Assembly: GCA_046484865.1 (NCBI GenBank)
Contig: JAWOID010000144.1
Location: 1-64,000, forward strand
Direction: 5' to 3'
DNA length: 64,000 nucleotides
DNA from: Candidatus Krumholzibacteriia bacterium
Lineage (GTDB): Bacteria > Krumholzibacteriota > Krumholzibacteriia > LZORAL124-64-63
Positions 20,685 through 26,328 of this stretch are shown one piece after another. Position numbers and translations under genes: made by a program. Each line of letters opens with the position of its first letter. Within the stretch, counting starts at the first letter, position 1. The notes beneath the pieces were generated by a model. The model did not search any database. It was not told the origin of the DNA and worked only from the letters and a program-made list of their open reading frames with translations.

Positions 20685-22498
20685 CCCCGCATGATTCCCT
20701 GATCGCCAGGCTCAAGCCCGTCGCCGCCGCCGCGCTCGCCTGCAGCCTGCTGGCCGGAACGCTGCTGCTGTCCGGCTGCGGGCAGGATGCGGCCGACGAC
20801 GACCTCGTCCTCGCCGTGGTCGGCGGCAACGAGATCACGGCCGGCTACTACAAGGACCGACTCGCGAAGATGGAGGAGCACGAGCTGCCGCGCGACGAGT
20901 CCGGCCAGCCCCTGGACATGGCCTCCCACGAGGGCAAGCAGGCGTTCCTGGAAGTGCTGATCAACAAGGAGCTCATGCAGCTCAAGGCCGTCGACCTGGG
21001 CTACGATCAGGAGCCGCACGTCCAGTCCGCCCTCGCGCAGCTCCGGGAATCCCGGGCCGCCGACCTGCTGCAGCAGGATCTGGCGAAGGACATACCGCGC
21101 GAGGCGAGTCCCCAGGAAGTGGAGGCTTTCGCATCGCGTCTGGGCGAGGGTCGCCGGTTCGAGTACCTGGTCACGAATTTCCGCGAGGAGGCCGAGGCGG
21201 CCCGTCAGCGGGCGCTCGAGGGAGCCGACTGGATCGACCTGGTACGGGAGTTCCACGGCGGGCCGGCGCCCCAGGACAGCGTGCTCGAGTTGACCGCCGT
21301 CTGGGGCCAGTACGAGCCTTCGTTCGAGGGCCCGCTGTTCGCAGTCGCGGAGGGCGAGGTCACCGAGCCGGTGAAGACCGGAACGGGCTTCTGGCTGATG
21401 CGGCCGGTGGAGATCCGGCAGACCGACCAGCAGCTCGACGATGCGCGGGTGAAGCAGCAGATCCACGACTCGATCTATCGGCGCAAGGTGGGCACCATCC
21501 GGCGGCAGTTCCAGGAAGAGGAGCGGGCGGAGCGCAACTTCACCCTGGACGAGGACGTGCTGTGGATCGTCTACCAGGGTTTGCCCGCGGGCGAGCAGAT
21601 CTTCAAGCCGGGCACCCGCGAACCGTACTCGCGCGAAGAGCTGGAGCCGCTGCAGGTCGATTCCGCCGAGCTGGAGCGGGTGCTGTACACGTACGACGGT
21701 CCCGATGGTCCGGTCACGGTCACCCTCGGCGACTACAAGGAACGGTTCGACGGCATGAACGTGTTCGAGCGGCCCAAGCGCAGCGACATGCTGGGGGGCC
21801 TGCGCAACCGGCTGCTGGCGGAGGTCGATCAGCAGATCCTGCGACAGGAGGCCCGGGAGCGGGGCTACCACGACGATCCGCGCGTCGTCGAGTACCTGCA
21901 GAACCGTCTCAACGAGGTGATCGTGACGCGTCTGCACGGCGACCTGGTCAAGCTGGACGACCCGGTTTCCGACGCGGACCTCAAGACGTTCTGGCGGGAC
22001 CACATGTCCGAGTACCACGAGCCCGCGGGTCGGGCGGGCCGCGCGATCGTCTGCGAGGACCGTGCCGCCGCCGAACAGGCCCGGCAGCAGCTCCAGGAAG
22101 GACGAGAGTTCGGGGAAGTCCTGGCGGAGTTCGGTGATCCGCGGAACCAGAGCGCCGATGGCGTGTTCGAACCGGTACGTTCGCCTGACGTCTCGCCCCT
22201 CCACCGCGCCGTCTTCGACACCCCCGTGGGCGGACTGACGCCCGTGGTGCCGATCGAGGGCAACTTCGTGGTGGTGCTCGTGGACTCGATGGTGGCGCCG
22301 ATCGAGCCCACGCTCGAGGAGAAGCGGCAGGAGATCGTCGCCCGCATCGAGAGTACGCGCCGCGACGAGATCCTGCGCGAGCTCCTGGCCCAGTGGCGCC
22401 GCGAGTTCGGGGTCGAGATCCGCGACGATGCGCTGGCTGCCCTCCCCTCGTGGGAGGAGCTGGCCGAGAAGGCCGCCCCGGCCGCTCCGGTCTCGTGA
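20681..22498 (+). CDS. Lipoprotein PpiC-type peptidyl-prolyl isomerase/chaperone (PrsA/SurA-like, duplicated)
   Basis: Lipobox LLLSGC, LAVVGGNEIT, two degenerate rotamase domains (VTEPVKTGTGFWLM; LTPVVPIEGNFVVV); ATGA overlap with mfd. Confidence 0.8.
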   Translation: MTPHDSLIARLKPVAAAALACSLLAGTLLLSGCGQDAADDDLVLAVVGGNEITAGYYKDRLAKMEEHELPRDESGQPLDMASHEGKQAFLEVLINKELMQLKAVDLGYDQEPHVQSALAQLRESRAADLLQQDLAKDIPREASPQEVEAFASRLGEGRRFEYLVTNFREEAEAARQRALEGADWIDLVREFHGGPAPQDSVLELTAVWGQYEPSFEGPLFAVAEGEVTEPVKTGTGFWLMRPVEIRQTDQQLDDARVKQQIHDSIYRRKVGTIRRQFQEEERAERNFTLDEDVLWIVYQGLPAGEQIFKPGTREPYSREELEPLQVDSAELERVLYTYDGPDGPVTVTLGDYKERFDGMNVFERPKRSDMLGGLRNRLLAEVDQQILRQEARERGYHDDPRVVEYLQNRLNEVIVTRLHGDLVKLDDPVSDADLKTFWRDHMSEYHEPAGRAGRAIVCEDRAAAEQARQQLQEGREFGEVLAEFGDPRNQSADGVFEPVRSPDVSPLHRAVFDTPVGGLTPVVPIEGNFVVVLVDSMVAPIEPTLEEKRQEIVARIESTRRDEILRELLAQWRREFGVEIRDDALAALPSWEELAEKAAPAAPVS

Positions 22499-22586
22499 CC
22501 GGAGCCGTCGCGCGACGGCGATCACACCCGGACCGTCGCGGCCGCAGCCGGGTCTGCGGTCGCGACGGATCCCCGAAGGAGACCGC

Positions 22587-24131
22587 TTGAATCGTCGTCC
22601 CTGCTCCATCGTGCCGGTCCGATCCCGGGCGGTTGCCGTCGAGCGTCCCAAGGCTGCGGTCGCCGGTCCGTCCGCCTGGGCGGCCGGCGGCGTTTTCGCG
22701 ATCGTGTTCGCCTCTCTGCTCGTCTCCCTGCTCGTCCTGGCGATGCTGCTGGCGGCGCCGGTCGCCGCCGTCGCGCAGGATGATATCGCCGCCGCTGCCG
22801 ACACGACCGCCGCCGTCGCGCGCGGCGCCGCCGCGGCCGCGACCGTCGCCGATACGGCCGCGACGTCCGTCGCCGCCGACGAGTTCGTGCCCGGGCCCGA
22901 CGTTCAGCTCGTCGACCGGATCCTCGCGATCGTCGACGAGGAGGTGATCCTGCAGAGCGATCTGGAGCGCGAGCTGGAGCTGTACCGGCTCGACCGCCAG
23001 TACGCGGGCGAGCCCGTCCCGGCGGACGACGCGGAGTTGCGCCGCGAACTGCTCGATCGCCTCATCGAGGGCAAGCTCATCATCGCCGCCGCCAAGCAGG
23101 CCGAGATGGTGGTGGAGGAGGAAGCCGTCGAGGAGAGCGTGGAGCGCCGCATCCAGGAACTGGTGGACCATCTCGGCTCGCGCGACAACCTCGTGCGTGA
23201 GCTGAACCGCGCCGGGATGACGCTCGAGGACTATCGCAGCCGCGCCTACACCCAGATCCGCGACGACATGTATCTGCGCCTGGTGGTCGGGCGCTTCATC
23301 CGCCCGCGCGTCGAGGTGATGGACAACGAGGTCGAGCAGTACTACCTCGCGAACCTTGCGGACATGCCCGCGGAGGCGGACAGCCTCACCGTCAGCGACA
23401 TCCTCGTGCCGGTGAAGCCCAGCCCGGAGCTGCGCGAGGCGGTCCAGACCAAGGTTCGCGAGGTGCAGGCGGCGCTCGCCGGCGGGCAGGATTTCGCCGA
23501 CCTGGCGCGCCGGTACTCGGAAGGACCGAACGCCGTGCGCGGCGGCATCGTGGGCACCGTGGCGCGCGGCGATCTCTTCGACCCCGCACTGGAGCGCGCC
23601 GTGTTCGCGCTGAAGCCGGACCAGGTGAGCCAGCCGGTGCTCAGCTCCCGCGGCGTGCACATCGTGCGCCTGGACGGGATCCAGGAGGACGGACGCCGGG
23701 CCATCCGTCAGATCTTCTTCTCCATGCAGGTCAGCGACGACGACGTGAAGCGCGCCCGGACCCGCCTGGACGAGGCCCGCGAGCGCCTCGCCGCCGGCCA
23801 GCCGTTCAGCCTCGTGGCCGAGGAGTACAGCGAGGATCCCAGCTCGGCCCGCAACGGCGGCCTGCTCGGCACCTTCTCGCTGCAGGATCTCTCGCCGCAG
23901 TTCCAGGAGGCGCTCGCCGGCGTGCCCGAGGGGAACCTGAGCGAGCCGGTGCTCACACCCGCCGGCTGGTACCTCTTCCTGGTCAACGAACGTCGCGACG
24001 GCCACCGCTACACCTTCGAGGAACTGAAGGACGAGCTGCGCCGCCGCCTGGAGGCCCAGCGGATGGAGCAGCGTCTGGCCGACTACGTGCAGGAGCTGCG
24101 GGGGCGGTTCTTCGTCGAGGAGAAGGGATAG
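22587..24131 (+). CDS. surA: SurA-like periplasmic chaperone/PPIase
   Basis: VDRILAIVDEEVILQSDL SurA N-terminal domain; two parvulin domains (FADLARRYSEGP, FSLVAEEYSEDPSSARNGGLLG); start uncertain, TTG after GAAGGAG chosen. Confidence 0.85.
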   Translation: MNRRPCSIVPVRSRAVAVERPKAAVAGPSAWAAGGVFAIVFASLLVSLLVLAMLLAAPVAAVAQDDIAAAADTTAAVARGAAAAATVADTAATSVAADEFVPGPDVQLVDRILAIVDEEVILQSDLERELELYRLDRQYAGEPVPADDAELRRELLDRLIEGKLIIAAAKQAEMVVEEEAVEESVERRIQELVDHLGSRDNLVRELNRAGMTLEDYRSRAYTQIRDDMYLRLVVGRFIRPRVEVMDNEVEQYYLANLADMPAEADSLTVSDILVPVKPSPELREAVQTKVREVQAALAGGQDFADLARRYSEGPNAVRGGIVGTVARGDLFDPALERAVFALKPDQVSQPVLSSRGVHIVRLDGIQEDGRRAIRQIFFSMQVSDDDVKRARTRLDEARERLAAGQPFSLVAEEYSEDPSSARNGGLLGTFSLQDLSPQFQEALAGVPEGNLSEPVLTPAGWYLFLVNERRDGHRYTFEELKDELRRRLEAQRMEQRLADYVQELRGRFFVEEKG

Positions 24132-24158
24132 CGGGGGGTTCTCGTACAGGCCGTGCGG

Positions 24159-24263
24159 GGCCGTGAAACGGAGAGACCCCCTCGCGCAAGGTCCTCGGCC
24201 TGCGGCCCTGAACGGGCCGCGGCCTGCGGAAGATGCGCGAGGGGGTCTCTCCGTTTCACGGCC
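24159..24263. repeat. Perfect 30-bp inverted repeat (large stem-loop; REP/MITE-like or terminator)
   Basis: GGCCGTGAAACGGAGAGACCCCCTCGCGCA at 24159-24188 and its exact reverse complement at 24234-24263; inner hairpin GCGGCCC-TGAAC-GGGCCGC. Confidence 0.9.
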
Positions 24264-24508
24264 GGTGCGGCTGTGCGGGAGCGGAGGGCTACGAGTACGA
24301 CGATGCCCTGCGATCCTCGATCGTCGCGTCGGCGTTCGCGGGCGTGCGCGGGGCTCCATGCCATCGCCGGCCGCCCGACGGTGATGGCATCTCTCGGGGC
24401 CGAGGAGCATCTAGCGAAGCGTGTTCCCCGGGCAAACGCGTCTGGGTAGCAGTGCACCCGGGTGCACGGTGCTTGAGCGGGGGCCGAGGGGGAGGCCCCG
24501 CGAGGACT

Positions 24509-24544
24509 CCGGGTTCGGTGCCGGGTTCGACGCCGGGTTCAACG
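24509..24544 (+). repeat. 12-bp direct repeat CCGGGTTC(GGTG/GACG/AACG) x3; possible attI-like left boundary of the cassette array
   Basis: Three units seen; the middle one contains GTTCGAC, the exact complement of the R'' box GTCGAAC of attC1. Confidence 0.55.
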
Positions 24545-24784
24545 AAGAGAAGGTCCGTCGTGCTCGGCGAGGGTGCGTTGCGGTAGAGAGTCCTTGCAGC
24601 CTAAACGAATATCCTTGTCCATCTGCGGCCTGGTTGATACGCTCACCTATGCTGGTCGCCACAATCGACTGGCACCTCGCCCACTTACAGCAGTCCCGGG
24701 ACAGCCGCTCGCGAGTTGAGCTTCGGCGTCCTCGTACTATCGAGCTTCGCAGAACGAGATACATGTTGTTCGCCGATCCGAGGC

Positions 24785-24813
24785 TTGACTTTGGCTCGCG
24801 ATATGCATAGCGT
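24785..24813 (+). promoter_or_regulatory. Sigma70 promoter of brnT-brnA (TTGACT-17-TAGCGT), probably leaderless
   Basis: -10 box ends 6 nt before ATG 24820 with no SD; overlapped by the imperfect palindrome TATGCA-TAGCG-TACATA, a candidate operator. Confidence 0.6.
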
Positions 24814-24819
24814 ACATAC

Positions 24820-25098
24820 ATGCGCATAGAGTGGGATCCGCGCAAGGCGGCCGCTAACCTGCGCAAGCACGGTGTTCGCTTCTCCGACGCCGAGGCCGTG
24901 CTCTTCGATCCGGTCGCGCTCACACGCGACGATCCGGGGTCGCGTCGTGAAGCGCGATTCGTGACGGTTGGGACTGACGTTCTCGGGCGAGTCGTGGTTG
25001 TCGTCTATACGTACCGCGGAGAGGCCATACGGCTGATCTCGGCTCGGCGAGCGACGGGAAGAGAGTGGGCGCAGTATGAGGAAGGAATACGACTTTAG
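24820..25098 (+). CDS. brnT: BrnT family ribonuclease toxin (type II TA)
   Basis: IEWDPRKAAANLRKHGVRFSDAEAVLFDP, EARF, VVVYTYRGEAIRLISARRAT. Confidence 0.93.
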   Translation: MRIEWDPRKAAANLRKHGVRFSDAEAVLFDPVALTRDDPGSRREARFVTVGTDVLGRVVVVVYTYRGEAIRLISARRATGREWAQYEEGIRL

Positions 25099-25327
25099 TA
25101 AAAGCAAGCGTGGAGCGGTCGCGCCAGAGGCAGGAAAGACGCGCATCACGATATATCTGGACAATGCTATCCTGGAGGAGTTCCGGCAGCGAGCAGATGC
25201 GGCCGGCCGAGGTTATCAGACGATGATCAACGACGCTCTCAGGGAATACCTCGGGAAGCAGCAGACGCCGATAGACGCCCGGACGCTGCGCCGGATCCTC
25301 CGGGAGGAGTTGAAGCGGGTGGGTTAG
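25076..25327 (+). CDS. brnA: BrnA family antitoxin (RHH)
   Basis: MRKEYDFSKSKRG, KTRITIYLD, GRGYQTMINDALREY; overlaps the toxin 3' end. Confidence 0.93.
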   Translation: MRKEYDFSKSKRGAVAPEAGKTRITIYLDNAILEEFRQRADAAGRGYQTMINDALREYLGKQQTPIDARTLRRILREELKRVG

Positions 25328-25333
25328 CGCGTC

Positions 25334-25433
25334 GTCGAACGATCCGTTCCAGCTGGCGGATCGGCGCTGTCACGGCCCGTGCTTGCGCACGGACCGCGCC
25401 AGCACCGCCCGCAGCTGAACGCAGGCGTTAGAC
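25334..25433 (+). mobile_element. Integron attC site 1 (100 bp)
   Basis: R'' GTCGAAC 25334-40, 5-nt spacer, L'' GTTC(C)AGC 25346-53 with an extra base, imperfect central hairpin with CCGTGC-TTGC-GCACGG tip, L' GCTGAAC 25414-20, 6-nt spacer, R' GTTAGAC 25427-33. Confidence 0.9.
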
Positions 25434-25508
25434 CAACTGGTTGTGCAAGTTGTCGTTGCCCGTGTTGGGTCATTGCGGTAGACTGGCGTGGCAGGGGAAG
25501 GAGTGGCT

Positions 25509-25799
25509 ATGACCACCATCGAGTACCTGCAAGCTCACCGCAACGACGTACTCCAAGTTGCCAAGCGGCATGGCGTTACCTCCGTCAGGGTGTTTGGCTC
25601 CGTGGCCCAGGGTGAGGATCGCCCCAATAGCGACATTGACCTGCTTGTCACCACAGGATCCGCTGTGAGTTCCTGGTTCCCTGCGGGCCTCATCCTTGAT
25701 TTGGAGGAGCTCCTTGGCCGCCGGATCGATGTCGTGACGGAGGCGGGCCTGAATCCCTTGCTTCGTGAGCGCGTCCTTGCGCAGGCGGTCGCATTGTGA
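25509..25799 (+). CDS. Minimal nucleotidyltransferase (MNT/MntA-type antitoxin)
   Basis: VRVFGSVAQGEDRPNSDIDLLV (GS-x10-DxD), LEELLGRRIDVV; GGAG RBS. Confidence 0.93.
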   Translation: MTTIEYLQAHRNDVLQVAKRHGVTSVRVFGSVAQGEDRPNSDIDLLVTTGSAVSSWFPAGLILDLEELLGRRIDVVTEAGLNPLLRERVLAQAVAL

Positions 25800-26131
25800 A
25801 GAGCGACCGACTGTACCTCGAGCACATCCTCCAAGTGATAGAACGGATCGAGGGTGCGACGAGGGAGGGGAAGGCCGCGTTTCTCGAAAGTCAACTGCAC
25901 CAGGATGCCGTACTCCGCAATCTGCATACCATGACCGAGACCGCTCAGCGGCTCTCAGGTGACCTCAAGTCGCGCTATCCCGAAGTTGAATGGGCCAAGC
26001 TTGCCGCCTTTCGCAACGTTCTGGTTCACGACTACCTCGGGATTGACACGGAGCTGATCTGGAATGCGATCACCCAAGACGTTCCGCAGTTCAAAGCAGT
26101 GGCCACACGGATGCTCGACTCGGTCGAGTAG
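25796..26131 (+). CDS. HEPN/DUF86 (HepT-like) ribonuclease toxin
   Basis: YLEHI, QDAVLRNL, YPEVEW, R-NVLV-H followed by DY (Rx4HxY); GTGA overlap with MNT. Confidence 0.93.
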   Translation: MKSDRLYLEHILQVIERIEGATREGKAAFLESQLHQDAVLRNLHTMTETAQRLSGDLKSRYPEVEWAKLAAFRNVLVHDYLGIDTELIWNAITQDVPQFKAVATRMLDSVE

Positions 26132-26139
26132 TCATGGTG

Positions 26140-26236
26140 GTCTAAGCCGTTGCAGCGGACAGTCGGACCTGTCACGGCCCGTGCGGGGCACGGCCCGCGC
26201 CAGGTCCGCCCGCCGCTGAGCGCCAGGACGTTATGC
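26140..26236 (+). mobile_element. Integron attC site 2 (R'' box/spacer apparently shortened by 3 nt)
   Basis: GTCTAA(G) 26140-46 matches the preceding GTTAGAC; L'' GTTGCAGC 26149-56; L' GCTGAGC 26215-21; R' GTTATGC 26230-36; core CTGTCACGGCCCGTGC...GCACGG.CCGCGCCAG shared with attC1. Confidence 0.85.
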
Positions 26237-26328
26237 GCAAGGGAGAGTCGGAGGCAGACGCTCCCGACCTCCAGCAGGGCTCTGGGCTCCGGTCCGGTCG
26301 GGATCTCAGTGCGGACGACTCGGCAAAG

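Larger units (their letters stand above)
24525..26236 (+). mobile_element. Integron gene-cassette array without integrase in the window (CALIN-like), two toxin-antitoxin cassettes
   Basis: Two attC sites each directly after a gene pair; visibly lower GC than the flanks; left end inferred; no tyrosine recombinase in the ORF track. Confidence 0.8.

Noticed and set aside
24421..24445. GTGTTCCCCG, identical to the start of type I-E CRISPR repeats
   Set aside because: Single occurrence, the rest of the repeat does not match, no repeat-spacer periodicity and no cas genes.
24521..24537. GGTTCGACGCC resembling a tRNA T-loop (possible tRNA or att remnant)
   Set aside because: Only 2 bp of T-stem can form and there is no acceptor or anticodon arm; better explained as part of the 12-bp repeat.
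24411..24923. ORFs 24421-24810 (+) and 24411-24923 (-) as an integrase or cassette gene
   Set aside because: No tyrosine-recombinase R-H-R-Y motifs or other recognisable domain, no RBS, and they cross hairpins and repeats.
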